DNA from: a virus
DNA: 64,000 nucleotides
Direction: 5' to 3' (one strand)
IMG/VR virus record: IMGVR_UViG_3300030102_007788
Location: 32,001-96,000 of that record
The notes under the pieces are model-generated. The model saw only the letters and a program-made list of their open reading frames with translations. It was not told the origin of the DNA and ran no database searches. Each line of letters starts with the position of its first letter. Within the stretch, counting starts at the first letter, position 1. This document shows, piece after piece, positions 1-9,994 of this stretch. The position numbers were made by a program, and so were the translations under genes.

Positions 1-392
1 ATTAACGCGCCGAAACCTCCTGCCATACCCACTCCGGTTGCCATTAAACCAATACCTACAATGACCGGAATCCAATCTGAGGCCCCTTCAATTACAGGCA
101 CAATATCAATTGTTTCTAAATTAGATTTTTTAACTATTAACTCTGAAGACGCAAGGCCTTCTAGCGTGTTTATATCCTTACTTTCATCGTAAGAAATGTC
201 TTTTTCGTTTATTAAGACTCTGTATTTTATATTTTTCTTATCGTTTTCTATAAGGTGTTTGTACAGCTTTCTGCAATTAGACTCGATTGCCCGAATCGCC
301 TCATCAACACTGGACACCGATAAACTCCATTCCGATTTACCTATCTGCTCGCCAAGTATACCGTGTATTTTAATGCTAGTTAAATTGCTCAT
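1..392 (-). CDS. Lambda gpI-like tail assembly protein (3' end outside window)
   Basis: Not in the ORF track; hand translation from ATG 392 gives MSNLTSIKIHGILGEQIGKSEWSLSVSSVDEAIRAIE...IDIVPVIEGA followed by a hydrophobic Gly-rich stretch, typical of gpI; lies after gpK. Confidence 0.85.
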   Translation of the reverse strand, partial: MSNLTSIKIHGILGEQIGKSEWSLSVSSVDEAIRAIESNCRKLYKHLIENDKKNIKYRVLINEKDISYDESKDINTLEGLASSELIVKKSNLETIDIVPVIEGASDWIPVIVGIGLMATGVGMAGGFGAL

Positions 393-1116
393 TTCTGTAT
401 ATTTTGTAAATTTTACTAATTCTTTTATTCGACATTTTTTCTATAGTCACGTCTCTATTTCTAGGTCTATGGATCATAGAATTGTCCCCTAAATAAATGC
501 CAACATGATTTCCAAGTCTGCCCGGAAGCATTTTAAAAAGAAGTATGTCGTGCTTTTTAGCTTGGGAAAAGTTATCTATTTTAAACCAGTTCTCTTTAGT
601 GTTTAAATTAGTTTCTACTATCTCTTCTATTAGGTTGGGTTTGACTTCGTACCAGTTTTCTTTTCTGCCAGTTTCAGGGTCCTCTAGGGTTATGTTTAAA
701 TTATTGTAGTAGTTCACTACAAAATTGTAACAGTCTGAAATTCCCATCTTAAAAGGCTCATTGCATATATATGTTTTTTCTTTTTTTGGGTCAAATATAG
801 AAAAGGAGTCTTCTGTTACGTTGTAGAGAATAAAAATTAATGAGTGTCCTAAGCTATTTATTAAATCATAAGAAGAGAAGTCTTTTGTTCCATCTGTATG
901 GGAGTGATATACTGCAATTATTTTACCTAACCTCCCAGCTTTAAGATAATCTTTAGGGGATATGGAAAAATTATTATTAGGATTTTCTGAGAAATTTTTG
1001 CACGGGAAAACGTCTATCTCGTTATTTTTTTCGAAAACAAATCCACACGCTTCCTTAGGTTGTTCATCTAAGGAAAATGACTTTATTTTCTCTTTAATTT
1101 TTTCTAAAAATAACAT
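376..1116 (-). CDS. Lambda gpK-like tail assembly protein (JAB/MPN + NlpC/P60 domains)
   Basis: EACG...YHSH...FSSYD JAB motif; DCY...HVGIYLG...IH NlpC/P60 motif; synteny M-L-K-I. Confidence 0.9.
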   Translation of the reverse strand: MLFLEKIKEKIKSFSLDEQPKEACGFVFEKNNEIDVFPCKNFSENPNNNFSISPKDYLKAGRLGKIIAVYHSHTDGTKDFSSYDLINSLGHSLIFILYNVTEDSFSIFDPKKEKTYICNEPFKMGISDCYNFVVNYYNNLNITLEDPETGRKENWYEVKPNLIEEIVETNLNTKENWFKIDNFSQAKKHDILLFKMLPGRLGNHVGIYLGDNSMIHRPRNRDVTIEKMSNKRISKIYKIYRNEQFN

Positions 1117-1119
1117 AAA

Positions 1120-2436
1120 TTATCCACCTCTTGAAATTTTCTTGGCCGCAGGGAACCCTCCGAAAGGTAATTCACCTGCTGGTATTTCGCAGCCGCCTTT
1201 GTTGATATTGACTGATCCGCCCTGAGGGTAAAGGGCGCTTTTTGTAGCTCCCCATCTTAAGCGACATCCCTGAAGTGTTTTAGAACATTGATCAGCAGCC
1301 CAAAAATTCTTGTTAGGTGGGGGTTTTGGGGTCCCTCCGTCTCTTTGTTTTAAGGTTCTCCTGCAGACAAAGTAGTATTTTACTTTTGTGGTTTCATCTA
1401 CGGTATATACATAGTTGCCGGGATCGTAATCTTCGTTAGCACTGTAAAGGCCTTTATCTTTTTTATGAAAATTTTCTGCAGCTATAGTTTGATTTCCAGC
1501 CTCCCTCCATATACTTAGATCTGCGTCAGTGGCAGCGGGGGGAGCATTCTTTAACATCCCTATATTTTTAATATTGTCATTTTCTTGGTCGGTTTTTCCA
1601 TCTGCTCTAAGAGTATCGAGACCAGCTCTTTCTAGTAAGGGTAGATTTTCACCATCAGCTTCGCCGTTTATATACTTTTCCCATTTTTCAAGTTCAGGAT
1701 CGTTGTACGGATGCTGATACCAACAGCCTAAACCTCTATATTGCCAAGAGCATTTATCGGCTAGTATTGTTCTTTTTGGAAGTTTGATATTTTCCAAGTC
1801 TAATACAGAGCTTAATTGATATACCAAATTTGCTTTATTCTCCGTTTGTTTTCTTTCTATGAAATAAACATCGCTTGGTAGGTAAGCAAACGGGTCAGGT
1901 TCATATCCGTCAGGTAAAGAATTGGTATGCGCTCCGATTGCGGCTTCCTTGCTAATTCCAAAGTTAGACGAGTCCAAATATTTTGCAAAGGTCCTCTTTC
2001 TTGTCACTTTTGCTCCTACAATATCTCCCATTTTTCTTATTTGATATTTTAAGAAATTTAATTGACTGATTCCGTCTTCTGTATTGGTCGCTAAACTAAG
2101 AGTAGGTTGTGGGGTACTGCCTTTAGTTGTGGATTCAAAACCTTCAGCCATAATCGGCGCCGGGAAGAAAGCTTTACCTTGCCAAGTGATATAAGAATTG
2201 AAAACTTTTATATTATTGTGAAACCTTAGAATACCTCCTTCAACTTGTGATCTGTCTGTTAACCCTAGTTCTTGGGCGTCTTTTTCTAGATCTATGCTTA
2301 AATCTTTTGCTAATGACCGAATATCGATTTCGAATAAGGTTATGATGGAAGAAGGGGTTAAGTTAGATAGCTCCGCATTTAGAGACCTTATAGAGTTTCT
2401 ACTTTGAGCTGCGTTTCTTGTGTCGTAATCTGGCAT
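1120..2436 (-). CDS. Lambda gpL-like minor tail protein
   Basis: GAKVTRKRTFAKYLD, CSWQYRGLGC, DQCSKTLQGCRLR, LPFGGFP; Fe-S cysteines of gpL present. Confidence 0.9.
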   Translation of the reverse strand: MPDYDTRNAAQSRNSIRSLNAELSNLTPSSIITLFEIDIRSLAKDLSIDLEKDAQELGLTDRSQVEGGILRFHNNIKVFNSYITWQGKAFFPAPIMAEGFESTTKGSTPQPTLSLATNTEDGISQLNFLKYQIRKMGDIVGAKVTRKRTFAKYLDSSNFGISKEAAIGAHTNSLPDGYEPDPFAYLPSDVYFIERKQTENKANLVYQLSSVLDLENIKLPKRTILADKCSWQYRGLGCWYQHPYNDPELEKWEKYINGEADGENLPLLERAGLDTLRADGKTDQENDNIKNIGMLKNAPPAATDADLSIWREAGNQTIAAENFHKKDKGLYSANEDYDPGNYVYTVDETTKVKYYFVCRRTLKQRDGGTPKPPPNKNFWAADQCSKTLQGCRLRWGATKSALYPQGGSVNINKGGCEIPAGELPFGGFPAAKKISRGG

Positions 2437-2437
2437 T

Positions 2438-3022
2438 TTAATTATTGGTTTCTACGAAAGATGCTTTAATACTATGGTTGTCAACAAAAGCAAAAGACGA
2501 AGAAAAGTTAGAGCAGTAGAACCTTTTTTTATAGCCTCCGTCGGCGTATACTGCGGGTAGATGCTGGACAACAAAACTTTCAACCCCTTTTCGGGCTCTT
2601 AAAAAGTGCATTATTGCTTTAGTCTCCTTGTCTGTTCTCATGTCAAAAGAAACATCGAGTTTCATTAGGGAGTTGTTTATTCCATCTGGAATTCGTTGTT
2701 CGTAACCGTTTTGAAAAACTACTGTGTTGGTTTTTGGTTGAAAATTGGTGGTAGCATTGTAAGAAGGAATCCAGATGAACTGAGGCACTTTTTGCGCTCC
2801 TGCAATTTCTGAATTGCCTAAATGCTCTGTATACCCTCCCCAGAACTCAGTATTTGTAACAGCTGTGTTTAGTGGCACAGCCTTTAAAGCGTAATAATAC
2901 TTTACCGTTTTGGGTATTAAACCGGAGGGTCTTAGTAGTTCTTGCACTAAAACTATGTCGTTTTTAGCGTAAGTCCTATTCAGTCTGTGTAGGTCAATAT
3001 CGTATATGCTGTCAGTTGCCAT
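2438..3022 (-). CDS. Lambda gpM-like minor (distal) tail protein with N-terminal extension
   Basis: FQNGYEQRIPDGINN...FLRARKGVESF; start moved to ATG 3022 (MATDSIY) to avoid overlap with the divergent gene. Confidence 0.85.
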   Translation of the reverse strand: MATDSIYDIDLHRLNRTYAKNDIVLVQELLRPSGLIPKTVKYYYALKAVPLNTAVTNTEFWGGYTEHLGNSEIAGAQKVPQFIWIPSYNATTNFQPKTNTVVFQNGYEQRIPDGINNSLMKLDVSFDMRTDKETKAIMHFLRARKGVESFVVQHLPAVYADGGYKKRFYCSNFSSSFAFVDNHSIKASFVETNN

Positions 3023-3083
3023 TTTCCTTGTACCTTTATTATTATAATACACTGAAAAAAGAGTGTAAAATAAAGATAAGGTA

Positions 3084-3962
3084 ATGTTAGGTAGAATTAC
3101 AAGGGAAGCTGAAAAGCTCACAATCAACGGTAGCGGAATAGAAGGAATTCAATCCTTATCGGCTTCTTATAGCTCTGTAGCCAAACCAGTAATAGGATTG
3201 GGCGTAAAGCCTGAGATTTCAGCAGATCCTCACAGTTCTTTTGGGTATTATCCAGAGGGGCCACAGCAGGCTTCTTTGCAGGTAAACACCTTAATGACTC
3301 ATTTTTTACCAAATCCTGATGAATTTAGCAGTTATAAGTCCCGAGACCCGCTCCAAAATTATACAGGTCAGTTTCCTTTTAGCGGAATTATAGACCATGG
3401 GACTAAAAAGTTCTATTTTACAGAGGGATACTTGGAGACTTACTCTGTTAGTTGTGGAATTGGAGAAATACCTCAAAGCTCAACAAGTGCAGTTATTTAT
3501 GGCAATTTTGGCACCGGAGCTAAATTTGATTCGTGGCAGCAGTATAATGATGGAGTAACGAGCCCAAACCTTAATATAGCAAGTTATGGGTCTATGGAAA
3601 TTAATCTAGACACTTTTACAACCAACCGAGTAAATTCTTTTAATGTAAATATTGCCACACCTAGAATTCCTTTATATGCAATAGGTATCGACCAGCCTAC
3701 TGGAGTAATCGCTGGCACACCAATCGAAGTTAATGTAAATTTTCAAATTGAAGCTGATGATTACGAAATAAAAAATATGCGCCTGAGCCCCGGCGAAACA
3801 GTTTTCAAAAATACAATAATAACTTTGAAAGAAAACAATTCTCACAATATATTAATTAGGTACTCTTTTGATAACATGTTGTTATCCTCGGAGTCCTTTA
3901 ATGGAAGTAACAATTCAAACGCTACCGTTGATTTTAATTTAAGATCTTTCATTTTAAGGTAA
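3084..3962 (+). CDS. Putative tail tube/hub-like structural protein, paralog 1
   Basis: Beta-rich; GYLETYSVS and PLYAIG motifs shared with the next two ORFs; adjacent to tail genes. Confidence 0.55.
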   Translation: MLGRITREAEKLTINGSGIEGIQSLSASYSSVAKPVIGLGVKPEISADPHSSFGYYPEGPQQASLQVNTLMTHFLPNPDEFSSYKSRDPLQNYTGQFPFSGIIDHGTKKFYFTEGYLETYSVSCGIGEIPQSSTSAVIYGNFGTGAKFDSWQQYNDGVTSPNLNIASYGSMEINLDTFTTNRVNSFNVNIATPRIPLYAIGIDQPTGVIAGTPIEVNVNFQIEADDYEIKNMRLSPGETVFKNTIITLKENNSHNILIRYSFDNMLLSSESFNGSNNSNATVDFNLRSFILR

Positions 3963-3987
3963 AAATAGTGTAATATCAAAAAAGGTT

Positions 3988-4899
3988 ATGGCAAGAATAT
4001 TTTACGATAAGGCTCCGGTTGAAATTCAGGTGGGTACCTACAGGGAAACCCTGATAGCGACTGACTGTAGCATAAACTTCAATAACTCTCAGTCCCCTAT
4101 CTATTCTGTTGGTAAAAAAGGGCCTATCGGCCAGTTTCCTTCGGCAGCAAGAGCTGGAGACATGTCTTTTAATTTCTTAACCACAATAACAGGAAATTTT
4201 GATTCTATAGTGGGAGTTTCTACATCTACTCAGGGTAATATTATTAACTACCTAGCAGATGCAATTAAAAATTCAACAGATTCTGAGGCCAGCGGAGTTA
4301 TTGTAAAATGCGCAGGAGTAAGTGGCGTTGGTTTTCTTAATTCTTACAGTTTTAATACTACGGCTAATAGCATTTCCTCTTCTAGCGCAGCATTCACTCT
4401 TTTTGGGTCAGGTACGCAGCTGCCTGTTAGTGGGAGATTGAGCGGTATTAGTGCTGGAGTTGGTATAGGTGGAACTGAAGCAAGTACAGTTACAACAGGT
4501 ATTGCTCATGGTAGGTTTACAACTATGCCAGCAGCTTTAAATACAAAGTTGTATGATGACACTACTGCCGAAAATCCCGCCACTGCAACAATTTATAGTG
4601 CAGATTATTCTATAAGTTTTAATCATAACCCAATTTATAAAATTGGTCAAGAATTTCCCACCACAACATTTTATACAAACGCTTCTGAATCTTTAAACGT
4701 TTCTGAAGACCTTTTCAACTCTGGATTAAAATTTGATGAAACTGCGGCTAGTTACAATCTTGAAATAAAAGGGTTGGCCGGGGCCGGTACTCTAGGTATG
4801 AAGGTAAGGGTTAAAGATGCAAAGCAAATTAGCACTTCAGCAAGTGTGGGATTAGATGATATTATCAGAACTCAAAAATCCTTAACCGCGGTTTATTAA
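3988..4899 (+). CDS. Putative tail tube/hub-like structural protein, paralog 2
   Basis: PIYSVGK, GFLNSYSFN, PIYKIGQ; internal duplication. Confidence 0.55.
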   Translation: MARIFYDKAPVEIQVGTYRETLIATDCSINFNNSQSPIYSVGKKGPIGQFPSAARAGDMSFNFLTTITGNFDSIVGVSTSTQGNIINYLADAIKNSTDSEASGVIVKCAGVSGVGFLNSYSFNTTANSISSSSAAFTLFGSGTQLPVSGRLSGISAGVGIGGTEASTVTTGIAHGRFTTMPAALNTKLYDDTTAENPATATIYSADYSISFNHNPIYKIGQEFPTTTFYTNASESLNVSEDLFNSGLKFDETAASYNLEIKGLAGAGTLGMKVRVKDAKQISTSASVGLDDIIRTQKSLTAVY

Positions 4900-4900
4900 T

Positions 4901-5788
4901 GTGTTTTATACTGCCAATAATTCTAAATTACAGGTAAACGGAAATGAAATTTTAGCTTCCGACGCTCAAATTTCTTTACAAACCAACTTACAACCCAACT
5001 ACAATATAACACAGAGGCACACCGCTGATTTTAGGGCAACTAACGGTGTGGGAGGCACCCTTTCGTTTAACTATTACTTAACTGGGGTGGACTATTTTAA
5101 AAGTTTTATAACAGGTCAAGCGGAGATGCCCTTCACTGCGAGTCAGGTTATTTCTGGCAATTTTGGCGGTTTAAATTTTGACAGCGGTTACTTAACTTCT
5201 TATTCAGTTAATTTTGGGCCTAATGCTTTAGCCACAGCTAATGCTTCAATATCTTTTTTTGATCAGTTAAATGGGGAATTTGACCCTACAGTTGAACAGG
5301 CTCCTACGGATAAAGAGGTCCTGAACTTTAAGAACGCTACCGTGTCTCATTATATCCCAATAACCAATGAAACTTTGTCGGGGACTGTAGACGAGTTTGT
5401 GGAGGGAACTTTTAATTATGATTGTGAGGTAAAACCGGTTTATTTAATGGGAGAAACAAAGCCGAGTTCTGTAAACTTTGGACCTAAAAACGTAAGCATG
5501 AATTTTGAAACCGATAACCCTACCGGTTATTTACCTTTTTCAGGAAACACGGCTAGAATTTCCGTAGGGCTGCAAAACTCACAAGGAACTCAGGTTGAAG
5601 CTTTTACGTGTTCTGGGGTTATGAGGGGTAGGAATTTAGCTACTTCAGTTGGAGACTATATTAAGCAAACCATTAACATAACCCAAGCCTCAACACAGGG
5701 GACAAATGTATATGTAGCGAGCATAATTGACAGTAATGGAGTGGCAGGAAACATAGGAGCAGGTACTAGTGGAGGAGGTAACGTATAA
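4901..5788 (+). CDS. Putative tail tube/hub-like structural protein, paralog 3
   Basis: GYLTSYSVN, PVYLMGE; GTG start. Confidence 0.55.
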   Translation: MFYTANNSKLQVNGNEILASDAQISLQTNLQPNYNITQRHTADFRATNGVGGTLSFNYYLTGVDYFKSFITGQAEMPFTASQVISGNFGGLNFDSGYLTSYSVNFGPNALATANASISFFDQLNGEFDPTVEQAPTDKEVLNFKNATVSHYIPITNETLSGTVDEFVEGTFNYDCEVKPVYLMGETKPSSVNFGPKNVSMNFETDNPTGYLPFSGNTARISVGLQNSQGTQVEAFTCSGVMRGRNLATSVGDYIKQTINITQASTQGTNVYVASIIDSNGVAGNIGAGTSGGGNV

Positions 5789-8700
5789 TGCCAGTATATA
5801 ACCCTAAGAAGAGTTTTACTTTAAGCGGAGAGGGCTTGAACTTTATTAATAGAGTTTACTTTGGGGAAGATCAAGTCGAAGAGCTATTTTACCTAGGGTC
5901 TACCGGCGTGTCTGGGGAAATCCCTTCTTCAGCTATGACTGCCGACCTGACCGCTCAGACTAATGACGGCATACTTAATTTAGGCCGTCCTAACATAGTG
6001 TTAGATTCTTCTTCTCAGGTCCTTGTAAGTGGCCTACTTCCCGAATACGTAAGTGGTCAAGCTGGAGACACTATTGTTATATCGGGAGAAAACTTTCATA
6101 AGATAACAAATGTAAACTTTGGAGCCGGTTTAGGCAGCTCGGGTGAATCTGGTCAATTTTCTGTTATATCTGATCAAATCTTAGAAGTAATTGTTCCAAC
6201 TGGCGCAAGTTATGATGGGGTAACTGTTTTTTCTTCACTTAGAACTGGGCTGAATAATAATCAAACTTTTGCTAGCGGAAAATCATACAACAATTTTATT
6301 CCTATTCCCAATGTCACAGGCATAAATTCAGGTATGTTAGCAAAAGACTCAGAGTTTATTATTGGTGGTGTTAATATGTCAGGGGTAACTGGGGTGTCTG
6401 TTAATGATATAATATTTAATCAGTCTTCTTTTGAGAACCTAGGGAAGACTGGCGTAAAAGTCACAGTCCCTACAGGTTATGCGCAAGGCAGACCAAACCT
6501 TTTGTTGCAAAGCGGAGTTTCTCATTTAGCTCCAGAGGAATTTTCTTTTAACCCTCTAGCTGAAATAGTTGGAGTGAGTGCTGGAAACATTATTGGCTCT
6601 CAGATGACAATATCTGGCCACAACTTTAGCTCCGGTATGTTCTACACAGGGCTGGGGTCTCTAACAGGGAGTTTAGTGGAAGTTGGGGAAAAGACCGGAT
6701 TGTTTACGCAAATATCAGACGCTGGGGGGTACAATAGGCTTAGAGGCTATGTCCCTACGGGTATATCGATTCTTCTTTCGGGAGGTAACATTAGCGCAGG
6801 GGTTACGCCTGATATTTTGCATTTGCCTGTTTCAATTTTTACGCCAGATTATCCTGTCGCGTACCCTAGTGACAAAACTTTTAGACCCGGTATTGGGAGC
6901 CCTTCAGTTTCTCTTATATCACCAACCTCTGGAATAGGGGGAGATCTTGTCACGATCAGCGGAGAAAATTTATTTGGAATTACTGGAGTCGTTTTCGGCG
7001 CTGGTAACGCAGGGATAGGGTCGGAGGGTTTTAATTTTGGTATTACTGAAGTGATTCCCGGTAAACAAATTACCGCAACAGTCCCTCAGGTGAGTTATGA
7101 TACAGCGGGTGGGTTTCTGGATATTGAGGTATCGGGAGCTTTTGGTAATGTTGGTATTGAGGAAGGATTTTTTATATATGGTAAACCTAAAATTAATACT
7201 ATTATCCCGGGAGGATCTGGTATACTTCCCGGGGCAACTGGAACCATATACGGAGAAAGACTTTATTCTGGGTCTGAAGTTTTATTGTATGGAGGAAATG
7301 GAGGCTTAGCTTCTAGTAACTTTATACAAAAGTTAAATATTAGCGGCTACAGAGGAGATAATGCTGAAATAGTTTTTAGCTACCCTAACTCTTTTGTGAC
7401 TGGTAACACATATGGGATTAGGGTTGAAAACCAGAGGGGTTATCATATTAGTCCGACTAATACTTACAAGATAACCGGATTTAATACACCTTCGGTTGGT
7501 GGGGTGAGTTTGGTTAGCGGTACCCAAGGAGAATCTGTGACCATCTCGGGGTATTTTGAAGAAATATCTCCCAGTGGTTTGAAAATAGGAGAGACAGTTG
7601 TTAGTGATTTTACTAGAGTTTCAACTACTGGAATCGTATTTGACATACCTACAAAAACTACAAGTAACCTGATAAATATTGAGACTAGCGGAGGATTCGC
7701 TAGTACTACGGGTATTTTAAATATAGCCCTTAAAGAGCCTACAATTAGCGGATATTATCACACTCCGTCTTTTACTGGCGTCAATACTTACTACGATTCA
7801 AGTGACCAAGTTTTTGCGCAATCTAATGTAATTACAATTACAGGGGAAAGACTAAATTTAGTTACAGGTATTGTTTTCTCTGGAAATAACCAACAGTTTG
7901 GTATTAACGAGTTTACAAATAAAGATAATAGCAGTTTAACTTTCCGCCTCCCAACTGGAATTAACGCTGCGAGTGGTAATTTTATAACAAAAGATTTTAA
8001 AAATAGAGACTCTTTAGTGCCGTTGCCCATAAACGTGTTTAACTTATCGGGGTATAATAATTTTGTATTACCGGGGCAAAACTTAACTCTTAGCGGGACT
8101 AATCTAACAGGATTAAATGTTGCCTTTGATCGAGTTCAAGGTGGTCAAATAATAGTAGAACCTCATCAAAATTTAGTTTCTGGAGGTACGGATGTTTTAG
8201 TTTTAACAATGCCGACTGGGGTAGTAGGAGGCACTGCTGCTTTTTCAGGGCGTAATAGTGACGACTTTTTTAATTTTGCTTTTGATCCAACTCCTGTTGT
8301 TACAGGAACCGTAGGGTTTGGGTCAGCCCTGCAGGCCGGGACAGGAAACTTGATTACCATTACTGGAGTTAACTTTCCAACTGGGGTGTCCTCTGGAGAT
8401 TTTGCAATAGGAATAACAGGCACAGGAAACTCGTTATCTAAGCAACAAGTAGACTTGATAAGAATTGAATCGGCTACAGGGGTTGTCGGAGCAGGAACAA
8501 ATGTAGCTACCTCATTGGGATCTGGGGAATTATCATTTAGGCTTCCAAATACTTTTATAGGTACTGGGCAATTTTTTATTAACACAGATAATTCGCTTGC
8601 GTTCCAAGATGACATAACCGCAGATTTAAATTCAACTGGAATAGACACCTCTTTGTTAGACTATGACTTTGTTAGAGCTACTACAAATTTTTTAGGTACT

Positions 8701-9156
8701 AACTTTAAAATTACAGGAGACAGGGTTAACGCGACTGGATATGGGCCTACCAGAGGGGTTACTGGTCAAGCTGTGGAGTTTACCGGGCACGGGCTTAGGG
8801 CTGTTAGGGAAGTTTATTTTCAGGCTCCGAGTGGAGACTTATTTAATTCTCAATTTAATGCTAGCTCAGACACAAAGCTCACAGCTTATGTTCCAGAAGA
8901 AGCAATAGAAGCTCGAGGAACCGCCAATATTATATTTTCAGGAGGTACAAATCAAGAGGTAGGCCCATTTGAGATTATTTTAGATGCTAGTGTTGTAGAA
9001 TTTAACATTGTTGAAGAGGACGATGTGCCGACAAGTTCTAGCAGGGTTGGTAACTTTACGCAAAAAGAAACCATAAACGGAACTGTCTTTCTAGTTACTA
9101 GGACTAGGTTTCCAGATGGAACCACAGCTATTGTGAGTAGCACTCCGCAAGCTTAA
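5788..9156 (+). CDS. Large virion protein with tandem IPT/TIG-like Ig repeats
   Basis: Repeated P-x-I/V...G-x-x-V-T-I-S/T-G-E-N-F/L...V-x-F-G...I-x-A/V-x-V-P units; very rich in G/S/T. Confidence 0.7.
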   Translation: MPVYNPKKSFTLSGEGLNFINRVYFGEDQVEELFYLGSTGVSGEIPSSAMTADLTAQTNDGILNLGRPNIVLDSSSQVLVSGLLPEYVSGQAGDTIVISGENFHKITNVNFGAGLGSSGESGQFSVISDQILEVIVPTGASYDGVTVFSSLRTGLNNNQTFASGKSYNNFIPIPNVTGINSGMLAKDSEFIIGGVNMSGVTGVSVNDIIFNQSSFENLGKTGVKVTVPTGYAQGRPNLLLQSGVSHLAPEEFSFNPLAEIVGVSAGNIIGSQMTISGHNFSSGMFYTGLGSLTGSLVEVGEKTGLFTQISDAGGYNRLRGYVPTGISILLSGGNISAGVTPDILHLPVSIFTPDYPVAYPSDKTFRPGIGSPSVSLISPTSGIGGDLVTISGENLFGITGVVFGAGNAGIGSEGFNFGITEVIPGKQITATVPQVSYDTAGGFLDIEVSGAFGNVGIEEGFFIYGKPKINTIIPGGSGILPGATGTIYGERLYSGSEVLLYGGNGGLASSNFIQKLNISGYRGDNAEIVFSYPNSFVTGNTYGIRVENQRGYHISPTNTYKITGFNTPSVGGVSLVSGTQGESVTISGYFEEISPSGLKIGETVVSDFTRVSTTGIVFDIPTKTTSNLINIETSGGFASTTGILNIALKEPTISGYYHTPSFTGVNTYYDSSDQVFAQSNVITITGERLNLVTGIVFSGNNQQFGINEFTNKDNSSLTFRLPTGINAASGNFITKDFKNRDSLVPLPINVFNLSGYNNFVLPGQNLTLSGTNLTGLNVAFDRVQGGQIIVEPHQNLVSGGTDVLVLTMPTGVVGGTAAFSGRNSDDFFNFAFDPTPVVTGTVGFGSALQAGTGNLITITGVNFPTGVSSGDFAIGITGTGNSLSKQQVDLIRIESATGVVGAGTNVATSLGSGELSFRLPNTFIGTGQFFINTDNSLAFQDDITADLNSTGIDTSLLDYDFVRATTNFLGTNFKITGDRVNATGYGPTRGVTGQAVEFTGHGLRAVREVYFQAPSGDLFNSQFNASSDTKLTAYVPEEAIEARGTANIIFSGGTNQEVGPFEIILDASVVEFNIVEEDDVPTSSSRVGNFTQKETINGTVFLVTRTRFPDGTTAIVSSTPQA

Positions 9157-9788
9157 CGCTCCCAATTATCATACCTTGCATTAAAGGCTATAGATACTCT
9201 CATTGCTTCAGTTGGGTTAGGGTCAACGTAGTGCATTAGCCAAGATGGGAATATCACAATTTTCCCTTCTTTTACTTCATATGTAAAAAGACTGCTATCG
9301 TATTTATTTTTGTTTCTATACCAATTTATATCCCCTTCAAAAGATAACTCTGGACATGCTATAACGTGCTGGGGGCGTGGGTCTAAAAAGTGAATTAAGC
9401 CAGAATTGTGTGGAAAGTTTACGTAATAGCATCCTGAGTAATGGTTTGATGGGTGAATGTGGGGCGGATTAAAATTTCCTTTTAAATTAACGTTTAGCCA
9501 AGCCTCTGGCTTCTCCCATTTTCCTTTTCTCCAAGAATGTTCTTTTTCTACATTGTTGAGTAGTTTCAATGTTTGAATTTGAAAAAAGTTATAAAGCTCT
9601 GGAACAGCATCAAAATCTAGTTCATCTCCACCGTAAGAGTCAAGGGATGGGTTAATATCTTTGTTATCGTTGATGTGTGTTTTCGCTATTGGGTGATTGG
9701 TTATGTAATCAAGGATCTGTTTTTTGAACTTATCATGATAAGGAAAATCGAATTCCCAAAAATCGGTAACAAACAAATCGCGTTTCAT
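9153..9788 (-). CDS. 2OG-Fe(II) oxygenase (TIGR02466-like)
   Basis: NPPHIHP, YSGCYYV, FLDPRP, IFPSWLMHYV, RVSIAFN. Confidence 0.85.
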   Translation of the reverse strand: MKRDLFVTDFWEFDFPYHDKFKKQILDYITNHPIAKTHINDNKDINPSLDSYGGDELDFDAVPELYNFFQIQTLKLLNNVEKEHSWRKGKWEKPEAWLNVNLKGNFNPPHIHPSNHYSGCYYVNFPHNSGLIHFLDPRPQHVIACPELSFEGDINWYRNKNKYDSSLFTYEVKEGKIVIFPSWLMHYVDPNPTEAMRVSIAFNARYDNWER

Positions 9789-9994
9789 AAATCAGCTTCT
9801 CCTATATCTATAAAGTACAAAAGTCTATAAAGCCTTTCTGTCCCTTCCTGATTAAAAATGTCAATAGGCATATCCATATTTAGATCACTGTTTGGAGTAT
9901 GTAACCATGTCTCAACATAATTATCGTCCATGACATCACAACATTCGTTAACTAAATTTACAAATTCTATTAATTTTTCTTTTTTAACATGCAT
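9785..9994 (-). CDS. Stand-alone Xre/MbcA/ParS antitoxin toxin-binding domain
   Basis: WLHTPNSDLNMDMPIDIF...EGTERLYRLLYFIDIG matches the W-L-x-x-P-N-x-x-L...P...G...L...I-x-x-G pattern. Confidence 0.7.
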   Translation of the reverse strand: MHVKKEKLIEFVNLVNECCDVMDDNYVETWLHTPNSDLNMDMPIDIFNQEGTERLYRLLYFIDIGEADL

